From the IMG/VR virus record IMGVR_UViG_3300020180_000011: a stretch of 59,909 nt of DNA; one strand, written 5' to 3'. Both the position numbers and the translations under genes were made by a program. The notes below the pieces were generated by a model. That model saw nothing but the letters and a program-made list of their open reading frames with translations. It searched no databases and was not told the DNA's origin. The stretch comes from an uncultured virus (IMG/VR IMGVR_UViG_3300020180_000011). Its lineage: Duplodnaviria; Heunggongvirae; Uroviricota; Caudoviricetes. Position 1 is the first letter of the stretch. Every line of letters starts with the position of its first letter. This document shows, one piece after another, positions 9,204 to 18,821 of the stretch.

Positions 9204-9642
9204 ACAGTTTAATCTCTACTTGTAAGTTTTCTAGACCACTGGTAATAATCTGCTTGACTTTTGACCAATCTAACGTACCCAGTCCACATCCTAGGGCAGG
9301 AATAGCAACAGACTCTAGCTTGTGGTAAATAATGGCTTTGGCTAGCTCTTTAATTCCTTTTTCTACATACTCATATTTACTAGGGTCTCTCCATGTATCT
9401 TTAGTTGCCAGCGCTATTAAAGTAACTGCACCAAGATAATCGTAGTACACAATTACTGGACGTGTAGGTACATTTAATAGACCTACCGCACATTGAGCTT
9501 TATAGTATTCGTAAAACTTAGGGTACTCCCTTTTGAATACCTTAGCTAGTCCGGCTCCCATTACTCCTTCACAATTTACTGGGCATACTAAAGCATCGCA
9601 TCCGCTTCTAAAAATATCTCCAGTTGTCTCAATGATTGGCAT
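9187..9642 (-). CDS. Macrodomain ADP-ribosylhydrolase (DarG/Poa1p-like)
   Basis: GDIF..ALVCPVNCEGVMGAGLA..FK; TK..WR.PS; AIPALGCGLG.LDW. Confidence 0.88.
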   Translation of the reverse strand: MPIIETTGDIFRSGCDALVCPVNCEGVMGAGLAKVFKREYPKFYEYYKAQCAVGLLNVPTRPVIVYYDYLGAVTLIALATKDTWRDPSKYEYVEKGIKELAKAIIYHKLESVAIPALGCGLGTLDWSKVKQIITSGLENLQVEIKLYAPIN

Positions 9643-10102
9643 ACCTAATAACCTGAGAGTGTTCTTTAATTAGAGAAACAGGGACTTTGTATCCTTCAGC
9701 TCGTAGGATTTTACCGCTACTGCTGTTATTTTTGATTTCTACAATAGGGTAGTCTTTGTAGTAAATGCGGTCAAAGTAAACTCTGGGCATAATAATTAGT
9801 TCATCATTGATTACCCAAATATAGAGCAGGTCATGAATTACTTCATCTGGCACCTCCTTTAGAGCCCATCCAGGCTTGTTACTAACCATAGTTTCCCAGA
9901 AGATGTTACCCGTCTGTTCTGCCTTACGGTCAGTTTTTACCTCTACATACAAAAACAAATCCTTACCTTCAACTATGAAATCGTAAGGTAAGTTTTTTTC
10001 TACTTTAGTTACGGTGCAATGCTTAGATTCTAGATACTCTCGTACAATTTGCTCTCCCACTAACCCAACTTGGTTACTAGCAATGAAATTATGTATCACC
10101 AT
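9629..10102 (-). CDS. PD-(D/E)XK nuclease-like protein
   Basis: G..GE..V..YL...YDF...VEVKTD. Confidence 0.7.
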   Translation of the reverse strand: MVIHNFIASNQVGLVGEQIVREYLESKHCTVTKVEKNLPYDFIVEGKDLFLYVEVKTDRKAEQTGNIFWETMVSNKPGWALKEVPDEVIHDLLYIWVINDELIIMPRVYFDRIYYKDYPIVEIKNNSSSGKILRAEGYKVPVSLIKEHSQVIRYANH

Positions 10103-10299
10103 TGATTGTTACCGAAGATTGTACAGTAGTAGATTTTTTAGTCTTAGCAACACCAGTAGTGACTAAATAAGCTAAAGACAGACCGTATTTAGAGGGGACT
10201 TCTACCCAGATATCCTCTTTAGCGTAGTCTAGGTGGTTAGTGTGTACAAAAGTAGGCATGGTGTGACTGATATAGTTCTCTAGATAGTATCACACCTGG

Positions 10300-11288
10300 C
10301 TAAAAAGCTCCTACTCTGTCTGGCTCTGTAGTTACTAATCCCTGGGAGTGAAAACATTCTACATTCTCTTCTGATAAGAACTGTAGTCTAAAGAACATCT
10401 CCCATCGGTTTACAGAAGACTTAGGAAACCCGTTGTTTAGGCTAAAGTTAGAAGTAATCGTACCTTTAGATAAGGCCAATGCCTGTAGAAGTGCGGTGCA
10501 GTTTTTCTGACTAAGAGTACATCCGTAGTCTCGATAGATATAAGCAAGTTGCATTTTAGTCTTTCCTTGAACGATGAATAATGTAATCGCCTTTTAGTAG
10601 CATCTGTTTGTACATCATGTCGTACACAACAAGCGCCATATCTACGCCATCTCCAGACCTAATCTGACTTTCAATCTCTTCTTTGTAGTCTTGCTCCTTA
10701 TACCGCTTTAGAAAAACTTTACCAGGTCGTACATCATGCTTGTAGTTCAGGTCTCCACAATACATGTACGTCATCTTGTCGTGCAAAGTATCTGTATCTA
10801 TTGCGTAGATTAATGTGAGGTCTTCTGTAGGTACTTTCATTTACGTTTCAAGTTAACTGCAACTAGTTGGTTGTCAATCCACAGAGAATAATAAATTCCT
10901 CTGTAAGGAATGTCTTTGTACTCGCTATTTATTTTGTAATTGTTTCCTTTGTACTCAGTGTACTTACCCTCAGGTTGTGTAGATGACCAACTATCGTCAT
11001 AGAGAGATTCACCGAAACTTACATATATCGACATGGCTACTTAGATTTGTGTATTTTTACTGTGCCTCTCTCCAATATACCGCTACAACCACCTGCTACG
11101 CCTGGGCAAGCTGCGTATTTATCAGAAACCGTACCTGATATAGTTTGTCCTACTACAATGCCCTTCTCAGCCATCTCTAAGCTATCTAAAGCGATACCCC
11201 GATTATCAATCCACAAATGTACTCTAGTAATTTTTCTATCGGCATCTGGTTTGCAGACAACACCTGTAACATTTTGAGTTTCTGACAT
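10300..11288 (-). other. Four small hypothetical genes (10300-10554, 10556-10840, 10837-11034, 11037-11288)
   Basis: Abutting co-directional ORFs. Confidence 0.6.
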
Positions 11289-11478
11289 ATTATTTCAGTA
11301 AGAATACGACAAAAAAGAACAGAGAAGTAAACAACAAAGTCAAGTCTTGAGCACTAACATACCCGTCAGAAGTGGATGCTAGGATTCTTTCAGATATACC
11401 AAAGGCGAATCCTAGCATCCCGATAATCGTACAAACTAATCTAACTGACATTTTTCCTCCATACGATAGCCAATACGC

Positions 11479-11548
11479 GAGGCTAAAGCCTCTCTCTGGT
11501 TTTCACCCTCCACTTGAAAGATGGAGGCTCTCAACTCCGTTCAGGTAG
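11479..11548 (+). mobile_element. Probable solo IS200/IS605 end remnant
   Basis: Small hairpin gaggc-taaa-gcctc, then TTTC, then hairpin cctcca-cttgaaaga-tggagg, ending GGTAG; same architecture as the right end at 7082-7155. Confidence 0.45.
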
Positions 11549-11875
11549 TCATTCTAAAACCCTCAATACTTTTACGTGGTTACAAACTTTGAGCTCTTCT
11601 GGGTTGCATTCAGGTGTATCTGAAGCATACGCAGCCAGAAAATTCTCAGGGGTAGAAAAACATAGATGCACATAATAGTGTTCTGCAGGGCCAGGACTAT
11701 TGTTAAGCGCCAGCAAAGCAGGACACAAAGTAGCTACTTTTCCGATAACAGTAATGTACTGCATAGCCGCTTGTTGGGTCTTAAATGCCCGGTTTGTATG
11801 AAGATTGCCCTCTGCATCTTGCAGAATGTAGACATCTCTAATTTGCTCGGAATCAATCAGAATCGCCGCTGTCAT
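11549..11875 (-). CDS. Hypothetical protein
   Basis: ORF overlapping the end of the ligase gene. Confidence 0.6.
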   Translation of the reverse strand: MTAAILIDSEQIRDVYILQDAEGNLHTNRAFKTQQAAMQYITVIGKVATLCPALLALNNSPGPAEHYYVHLCFSTPENFLAAYASDTPECNPEELKVCNHVKVLRVLE

Positions 11876-14081
11876 AGTATTGCTCCAGGTATATTGATAC
11901 TTCCTTGATTCTCTCTTGCTCAGATAAGTTTAACCAAGCACTCTCATTGGTCGTAATTGCGATATGCTTAATAACATCCCTGTATCTAGACATATCTGAA
12001 TCTAGCTGGCTAATAAACTTCTCAGTATTGCTGAACATTAAAGCAACTTTGGAGTCACTCATCCTGCCAAAATACTTGCTAGCTAGATACCAGATAGTTT
12101 TTAACTTGAATAAAGGTGTGCCATCGTTAGCGCAAACCATCCATCCTTCAAAATTAGATACAGTGTATGTGCCCCATAGTATAGTATCTGGGCGTAAAAG
12201 CGTAGCTGGCGAGTACCAGCTAGAGAACAAGCCTGCTAAAAACATTGTACCGAGCCCAAGTAGACATTTTCCGTTATATCCAATAAGATACAAACCTTGC
12301 TGTTTTTCTGTGTAGCTAACAATATGAGGGTCTAGTAAATCCACACATTCAAAATGTAGCGTACTCGCGTAAGGCTTGTCTTGTAGCCAATCTTTAACTG
12401 CCTTGTACCTACCTTCTTTGTACAGCCATTTCTTAGCCATGTCCACATGCTCTCCTTCAAAGGAGCCACTACAGGTAACTAGTAACTCATCACAATAAGG
12501 ATGCAAGCAAATATTGACCAGGAAGCCATTGATTTTTTCTACCGCCCAGTATTCTTGCTCCACATCATATTGGTTATGCTCTTTGATTTCCATGTAGTTA
12601 AATACCCGGTCAAACACAGTATTACATGGATTGCCGTCTAAACCAAGTACAATACCTCTAGCCTCTTTTAACACCGGAAATTCCATAAAGTTACCGCTCT
12701 TAGCAAACGCTTTTTGAGTATATTTGTGCAGAGTAAGATGTCCTGTACTGTCCCTAACGCTGGACACTAACTTTTTAGGTAACTCCGCTAGCCTAGATTT
12801 GAAAGTATAAGGCTTAGATACAGAATAATCAAAGTCATCTTTCTGTTCATGTGTCTCACCTGTACGTAGGTCGTTCATACACATGTATCCTCCAAACCCT
12901 ATTCCTTTCTCAAGAACTGTAACCTGGTCAGCATTAGGGCTAGTAGGTAAGATATGTCCTCGGTAAAGATGAAAAGATGTAGAGTCGGCCTGTGGTACAC
13001 CGCTTTTTATCTGCGCCCTTGCCATACCTTCAACCCACGCATAAAATCTACCGTCTGTATCAGTCATGGAGTGATACTTAGACTCACCTCTAACTCTCTC
13101 TAGGGGCGGTTGGTTAAACAAATCAAAGTGCTCAATATCCGCATGACAAAAGATACTAACATCCGTACCAAAAGATGTAGTTTCAATCCTTACATAATGG
13201 TCAGGCAACGACTTAAAGAACTTAATTACTTTGTCAGTGTAAGCTTTGCCTTTAAGCAAGATTTGATGTGCTGTAATTTTACTGCTGTCACTATTTACCT
13301 CTTGGCCTAATAAGATACGAAGTACATTGTATTCGTGATTACCTAGAATTACATAGTGGCCCTCGCTATGTAACTGCATAACCATATCTAGACATTCAAT
13401 AGATTTAAATCCTCGGTCTACATAATCCCCTAAAAACAATGCAGTAGCCTTGAACTTAATAAAGCTCTCATACATGTCTAGAAACGTATCGTAACAGCCG
13501 TGAATATCTCCTACAACTACAATATTCTCACCATTAGGAAGTACGTAAGGAAAATCTAACTCCAGCACAACCGGAGCATTCACGACTGTATAGTTAGGAC
13601 AGACTTTAGATGTTTTTTCTAGCTGGCTATGAAATTTATCAACTACCTTGTCTGGTACGGGGGAAGTCCTCCATTCTGACCTATTGTTTAAGTGCAGTTG
13701 CTCTAAAGAAATATCAAAGATAACCAATAATACAGGCACATCGTACTTGTTAGCAATCTCTACCCACCAGTTACGTTTACCCTCTGTGGTATTAGTGGAA
13801 TCTACTACAGTAGTCAGCCCTTTGCTTAGTCGGGCATTTACTACTTGAGACATGATATCAAAGACAAAGTTATCATCCGTAGCATACGGCACCATAGCGC
13901 ATACTATCTCTTCGTTAACAGAATCTACAGGTGCTCTAGACTCACCAAAGAAGATTTTTCTATAGAAGTCAGAGCTTACTACTACTCCTGAAGGCAACCC
14001 TTTAACTGCAGAAGATTTACCAGAAGCAGGAGCACCTGAAAGAATAGTTAAACCGCCGTAAGGAATACTGATTTTTTGCAT
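11853..14081 (-). CDS. Trifunctional polynucleotide kinase / metallophosphoesterase / Rnl1-type RNA ligase
   Basis: P-loop GAPASGKS; GDIHG, GDYVDRG, GNHE; ligase motifs EKINGF, FE, EGWMV, FKLK. Confidence 0.9.
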   Translation of the reverse strand: MQKISIPYGGLTILSGAPASGKSSAVKGLPSGVVVSSDFYRKIFFGESRAPVDSVNEEIVCAMVPYATDDNFVFDIMSQVVNARLSKGLTTVVDSTNTTEGKRNWWVEIANKYDVPVLLVIFDISLEQLHLNNRSEWRTSPVPDKVVDKFHSQLEKTSKVCPNYTVVNAPVVLELDFPYVLPNGENIVVVGDIHGCYDTFLDMYESFIKFKATALFLGDYVDRGFKSIECLDMVMQLHSEGHYVILGNHEYNVLRILLGQEVNSDSSKITAHQILLKGKAYTDKVIKFFKSLPDHYVRIETTSFGTDVSIFCHADIEHFDLFNQPPLERVRGESKYHSMTDTDGRFYAWVEGMARAQIKSGVPQADSTSFHLYRGHILPTSPNADQVTVLEKGIGFGGYMCMNDLRTGETHEQKDDFDYSVSKPYTFKSRLAELPKKLVSSVRDSTGHLTLHKYTQKAFAKSGNFMEFPVLKEARGIVLGLDGNPCNTVFDRVFNYMEIKEHNQYDVEQEYWAVEKINGFLVNICLHPYCDELLVTCSGSFEGEHVDMAKKWLYKEGRYKAVKDWLQDKPYASTLHFECVDLLDPHIVSYTEKQQGLYLIGYNGKCLLGLGTMFLAGLFSSWYSPATLLRPDTILWGTYTVSNFEGWMVCANDGTPLFKLKTIWYLASKYFGRMSDSKVALMFSNTEKFISQLDSDMSRYRDVIKHIAITTNESAWLNLSEQERIKEVSIYLEQYYDSGDSD

Positions 14082-14104
14082 GGGGAGTTAGCCAGAGTAT
14101 AGAT

Positions 14105-14305
14105 TTAGCCGTCGTTGCAAGTGAGTACATGTACATTCTCACCCGTTGTTTCATCGTACATTAGGCATTCAGAACAAGTACGAGGAGGAGCGTTTTGCTG
14201 CTCTACATAAAAATATCTACAGTTGTTACTGCATCCTGTAAAAAACATAGCTACCATAGCCGTAGTAAGCCATCCAGCTAGAACTAATCTGCCTTTAGTA
14301 GTCAT
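14105..14305 (-). CDS. Small lipoprotein-like Cys-rich protein
   Basis: Hydrophobic signal plus FTGC lipobox; GGAGG RBS. Confidence 0.6.
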   Translation of the reverse strand: MTTKGRLVLAGWLTTAMVAMFFTGCSNNCRYFYVEQQNAPPRTCSECLMYDETTGENVHVLTCNDG

Positions 14306-14372
14306 ACAAACCTCCTAGTTTGTTGGATAGTGTACTGACGCCCTGTTATTGAGCGCCAGTACTTTAGCGGTA

Positions 14373-14768
14373 TTAGTCTACAAACTCTTCTACTGCTGTA
14401 GAGCTAAGCCCTTCCCGCTCTGCTAGCTCCATAAAGCCTTCTTTCCATTCTCGTACCGGGAACCCGTCATGAATAGCCTGAAAATTTCTAATCAGATTAG
14501 AATGCGCTGCAGGTACTCGCTCAGAGTTCACTAAACCTGTCCAAGAGTTGTTCTCTAGTCTATAACTGTACTCTTCATCACTAATAAAACAACCTCCCCC
14601 ACATTTAAGAATTTTACCATCTTTGTTTGCCGTTCGATACCTGCAATCACCTGCCCCATCCCTGTCTTCAGGAGTAATTGAAGTCTCATTCTGAGTTAGC
14701 AAAAAAGTTACAGCATAGTCAAATACTTCTTGGGCTGAATGACTTGCCAGTGTTGCTAAAGTAATCAT
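14373..14768 (-). CDS. Paralog family A member (C-x-YR / C-x-x-GC / Q-x-x-HD)
   Basis: MITL..QEVFD..CRYR..CGGGC..QAIHD. Confidence 0.8.
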   Translation of the reverse strand: MITLATLASHSAQEVFDYAVTFLLTQNETSITPEDRDGAGDCRYRTANKDGKILKCGGGCFISDEEYSYRLENNSWTGLVNSERVPAAHSNLIRNFQAIHDGFPVREWKEGFMELAEREGLSSTAVEEFVD

Positions 14769-14772
14769 ATCG

Positions 14773-15150
14773 CTATGCTCCTTTAAAGATTAAATTACGT
14801 TCATATGCTACTAGCTCTAAACGTGCAGCCCAGTCATCTGGCTCTGTAAAATCATGCACTTTCTGCAGGTCTCGCAGTAGCGGCACAAAAGCAGAATTCT
14901 TTTGTATGTTGAATAACTCTGTGATTGTGTATATACCCTTACCCTCAAAGTTGGGGGTATACATAGAATCAGACATAAAACATCCTAATGCACACCTAGT
15001 AATTACACCGTCTTCGTCTACGTGCCTGTACGAACACGTATCTTCTGAGCTATTCCGTAGGCATTTTTTATCCTGTGACAGCAGGTGAGTTACACACTGG
15101 TCAAACACTTCTTGAAGAGTGAAGTCGTTAATGTTTTCTAGAGTAATCAT
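14773..15150 (-). CDS. Paralog family A member
   Basis: QEVFDQ..CSYR..CALGC..LQKVHD. Confidence 0.8.
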   Translation of the reverse strand: MITLENINDFTLQEVFDQCVTHLLSQDKKCLRNSSEDTCSYRHVDEDGVITRCALGCFMSDSMYTPNFEGKGIYTITELFNIQKNSAFVPLLRDLQKVHDFTEPDDWAARLELVAYERNLIFKGA

Positions 15151-15527
15151 GCTGCTAATACCTCGGTTGTAAGATTGTTAGTTTTAGCGACTGTATACAG
15201 TAAACTAGCCCACATACCAGGAGCATTTAAATCATGTACCCACTGCAGTTCGGTAATAAGAACAGAATGCTTTCCTGGTACTTTGTTCTCGTTCACCAAT
15301 GATGCCCAGGAATCAGACAAACCTACTTTATATGCCTCTTCATCGGACATTAAACACCCGCCTGCACACATTAATACGGTGCCATTATCTTTTTCAAAGC
15401 GATAAAGACATGCCATGTGTCCATTAATATTTCCTCGGGACATCTCGTTTTGGTGCAGCAAGTGTGTTGCAACTTGATTGAACACCTCTTGGGCTGTAGC
15501 ACTGTCTAAAGTTTCTAGAGTAATCAT
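15147..15527 (-). CDS. Paralog family A member
   Basis: QEVFNQ..CLYR..CAGGC..LQWVHD. Confidence 0.8.
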   Translation of the reverse strand: MITLETLDSATAQEVFNQVATHLLHQNEMSRGNINGHMACLYRFEKDNGTVLMCAGGCLMSDEEAYKVGLSDSWASLVNENKVPGKHSVLITELQWVHDLNAPGMWASLLYTVAKTNNLTTEVLAA

Positions 15528-15907
15528 GCGCTCAGTACCTCAGTTGTAAAGTTATTATCTAGTGCTACTTTGGACAACTCATACATCCAATCTTTAGGAG
15601 CACAGACATCATGTATATTTTGTAACGTAAAAATAAGTGGGGAGTGCGCAAGGGCAACTTTTCCTTTGTATACTAGTAAAGGCCAAGAATCTGACGCAGA
15701 AAACTTAGTAGACTCTTCATCTGACATTAAGCATCCAGCTGCACACTTTAATAGAGTGCCATCTTCTTTTGTATGGCGATATAGGCACCTAGGATGCCCC
15801 TCAATATATACTTGAGATGTCTCGTTTTGTGTAAGAAGATGTGTGGCAACCTGGTTAAATACTTCTTGAGCTGTAGCGGTCTCTAAGGTAGCTAGAGTAA
15901 TTGGCAT
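15524..15907 (-). CDS. Paralog family A member (start revised to MPITL)
   Basis: QEVFNQ..CLYR..CAAGC..LQNIHD. Confidence 0.8.
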   Translation of the reverse strand: MPITLATLETATAQEVFNQVATHLLTQNETSQVYIEGHPRCLYRHTKEDGTLLKCAAGCLMSDEESTKFSASDSWPLLVYKGKVALAHSPLIFTLQNIHDVCAPKDWMYELSKVALDNNFTTEVLSA

Positions 15908-15908
15908 C

Positions 15909-17342
15909 TTACTTATCCTGTGCGTAGGTGTCAAACTGAAAAGTAGCTCTACTAATCTGCTCTCCTAGATAGGCGGCATGACTAGCCATAATAGCAGGAT
16001 TATCTGCAATAATTTCTTGAAGCAATTTACTAGCCTGAGCAACTCCTGAAATGTATTCTTTCAGCAACAAGTTAGTCTTGCTACTTACTAACTGTACCTG
16101 AAGTAAGTTACCCTCTTCCAAATACTTAATTAGGAAATGTCCGATAGGGTCAAGAATTAAGGTAGTAGATGGTTGATGTTTTTCTATAGTTTCATCTGCT
16201 TTGTTCCAGACAGCCTCATAGATGTGAGCACTTTGACTGACGATAACTAGAGGCCCTAAGCCAACGTTGTCCAACCTATCTTGTACATGTACCTGTAAAG
16301 CACGTAAAGCACATGCATTATTAGGCCAAGCACCAAACATATCATTGCTACGAAAAGTAGCTGTCAAAGATAGCTTATTGTCTAGAATTCTTAGCCAGAT
16401 GTTTACCAGACAAGGAGGAAATGGCGACTCAAAATCTGATGTAGAGTCCCATAGGTTCAAAGTAACTCTCCTGCTAGCTGTATCGTAGTTCAGAGCCTCA
16501 ATAGCCCTATCAATCTGGTCTTCACCAAAGTAACTACGTAATCTTTTGCCATAGGTGTAAGAGCCATCCTGAGCGTCCTCAGAATCATAAATTACTTGAG
16601 AAACATACTCCGATAGAAAACCTTTATCTACTGGAAAATACTCAGGCAAATAATTGTCCTGCGGCTCATTGTTAATTACAGCTACAAAGTCAGCAAGTTC
16701 CTGTGTTTGTCCGTAACTCGATGAAGAGATGTAGCCGTACTTACGAATACCCCTAATAATCTGTAACCATGCTTCAGCAATAGTTTCAGTAATTACTGTA
16801 TGACCGTAGATGTTGCTATCCCTGACAGGACTAACCTGTTTGCGCATAGGAAACTCTAGCCTGCTGCTATCGCCAAGAAAATATACACGGCTACTACGGT
16901 GATTTATTGCGGACACTAGTGAATCTACACTAGTAAATACGTCATAGTCCATGCGAGATATCCTGCCCAGCGAAACTATATCAATCTCCCCGTCAATATA
17001 TCCCTCTATATCAGATTTGATTTTGTATGCTTTTTCTGTCTCTAAATAATCAAACGCATACTCAAAGAAATCAATTAGACATTGTATGCTACCTGATACC
17101 TTATCGTTCTTAGATGCGTTAAGGATAAACACCTTAGTAACCTGCGGATTGTAGAGTAGATTACGTACTAAATAATTAATCCCCATACCAGGACTGTAGA
17201 GCTGGCCGATAGCCGCATACTTATTGGGGTCAAGTCGCTTCTCCACAACGTGATACGGCGTCCATCCGGTAACTACTATGGCAGTGCTGTGATTATCCTG
17301 TACTTTTATCTGTCCTTGACTGTACAGAGGGATGTACTTCAT
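15909..17342 (-). CDS. thyA: Thymidylate synthase with N-terminal extension and C-terminal DUF4346-like domain (cyanobacterial type)
   Basis: YTYG.RLR, PPCL catalytic Cys, FRSNDMF..N, SAHIY; C-terminal DP.G.F.I..HAAYLG. Confidence 0.88.
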   Translation of the reverse strand: MKYIPLYSQGQIKVQDNHSTAIVVTGWTPYHVVEKRLDPNKYAAIGQLYSPGMGINYLVRNLLYNPQVTKVFILNASKNDKVSGSIQCLIDFFEYAFDYLETEKAYKIKSDIEGYIDGEIDIVSLGRISRMDYDVFTSVDSLVSAINHRSSRVYFLGDSSRLEFPMRKQVSPVRDSNIYGHTVITETIAEAWLQIIRGIRKYGYISSSSYGQTQELADFVAVINNEPQDNYLPEYFPVDKGFLSEYVSQVIYDSEDAQDGSYTYGKRLRSYFGEDQIDRAIEALNYDTASRRVTLNLWDSTSDFESPFPPCLVNIWLRILDNKLSLTATFRSNDMFGAWPNNACALRALQVHVQDRLDNVGLGPLVIVSQSAHIYEAVWNKADETIEKHQPSTTLILDPIGHFLIKYLEEGNLLQVQLVSSKTNLLLKEYISGVAQASKLLQEIIADNPAIMASHAAYLGEQISRATFQFDTYAQDK

Positions 17343-17737
17343 ACTAGTGACTCCGCTGTAAATACCTGATTATTTTTAACTACTAGAAATGTGCAAGAAG
17401 CTGCAACTAACTGACTGCCTACTTCTACAAACGCACCTGTTTTGTAGGGATTGTATGTAATTCTTGTCAATTTCCGGTGCCCAGAGTAACTATCTGCAAT
17501 TAGGCGACCTTTGCAGTAAGCGTGTACGTTTTTGCTATGTTGACTAATTACTCTTTGCCTAGCTGCCTCTGATATATGAAACGTAACATCCTGTAAAACT
17601 ATATCGGTAACATGACCAGCAAGTCGCCATCCTTTTCCTTTTACATGAGACTGAACAGACAAGGTATTGTTTGTTAAGTTCTTGTAAATTCTTACTTGCT
17701 GACCATACAGTGCTTCCCAATCAAGAAGTTTGGTCAT
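17339..17737 (-). CDS. Conserved phage protein
   Basis: VRIYKNL...SEAARQRV...KNVHA...YNPYK. Confidence 0.75.
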   Translation of the reverse strand: MTKLLDWEALYGQQVRIYKNLTNNTLSVQSHVKGKGWRLAGHVTDIVLQDVTFHISEAARQRVISQHSKNVHAYCKGRLIADSYSGHRKLTRITYNPYKTGAFVEVGSQLVAASCTFLVVKNNQVFTAESLV

Positions 17738-17738
17738 A

Positions 17739-18436
17739 TTAATGCAGCATAGATTTTAGTCCTAATGAGATAAATTCCTGTTTAATGTTATCCATGCACA
17801 TACAGTCAATATGCACATCACTATGACCGCACTCTTGCTCTCCTTGGTTTAAGTTTTGTAAATACTTTACGAATTCGTCTTTTGTGTCAAAAGTAATGAG
17901 AGTAGTATTTCCCTCACAATACCTAAACACATGCAACTTAAAAGGATTAGCCCAAGTGCCGTAATCATCATCGTCTTGCTGAGTATCTACCTGTGCCCAA
18001 CCCTTAGCATAGTGACATGCATCTAGGTCAAATTTGTATCTATCAGCAAGGTCAAATCCATCAAAACGGTTCATGATTACTCCAATTGTGCTAGGCGCTC
18101 TTTTAGGTCTTTGAGCTTGTCTGATAAATTCTCAATAGCTAAAGACTCCATATCTGAATAACAATCACAAGATAAGAGTTGCTCCTCATCATCATAGCTA
18201 CAAGCGCCCATGGCGGCTGTGCCAAATACCTCTGTAATGTTTTCCGGCATAGCCAATACTTGAACAAATGCCCAAGCCCAGATATCCCCTCTATTAAGCC
18301 GCTTTTCTATATCTTTTTTGTCTTGTTCCTCATACATGTCTATTTCTAAATCATCTTCTTCTACTTGTAGGTAAATATCTACTCTACCAATTCCAAGAAC
18401 TGTGATAGTTTTGAGAAACTTGTAATCTGCCAACAT
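17739..18436 (-). other. Two hypothetical genes (17739-18074, 18077-18436)
   Basis: Abutting ORFs; DRY.FD..GWAQVDT..YG.WANP..YCEG motif in the first. Confidence 0.7.
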
Positions 18437-18440
18437 AGAA

Positions 18441-18821
18441 CTATGCTCCTTTGAAGATTAATTTATGCTTGTTGGACAGCACTTCAAGAGCCTCAGGCCA
18501 TTCAGGAGGCTCCTTAAAATCATGCACTGTTTGCAAATCTCTCAATAATTCGTAAGTAGTATGAGCCATCTTGCCACCCATTAGCTCCTCTGCAATATTG
18601 CCAAAACATTTATCCTCAAAATTAGTCTTGTAGATAGAATCGGGGATAAAGCAGCCTACAGCACATCGAGTCACTGAGCCATCAGCATTGACAAGCCTAA
18701 ACACACAGTTACCCTCGTCAGTATCGTAGCACTGCCGATTCTGGGATAGAAGGTGAGTAACGCATTGGTCAAATACTTCTTGACAACTGAAATTGCCAAT
18801 GTTTTTTAGAGTGATTACCAT
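18441..18821 (-). CDS. Paralog family A member
   Basis: QEVFDQCVTHLLSQ..CAVGC..LQTVHD..LIFKGA; closest to 14773-15150. Confidence 0.8.
   Translation of the reverse strand: MVITLKNIGNFSCQEVFDQCVTHLLSQNRQCYDTDEGNCVFRLVNADGSVTRCAVGCFIPDSIYKTNFEDKCFGNIAEELMGGKMAHTTYELLRDLQTVHDFKEPPEWPEALEVLSNKHKLIFKGA

Noticed and set aside
15909..17342. Thymidylate synthase homolog as a base-modifying hydroxymethylase
   Set aside because: Retains RSND..N typical of dUMP-specific ThyA and the ordinary cyanobacterial domain layout; no modification cluster nearby
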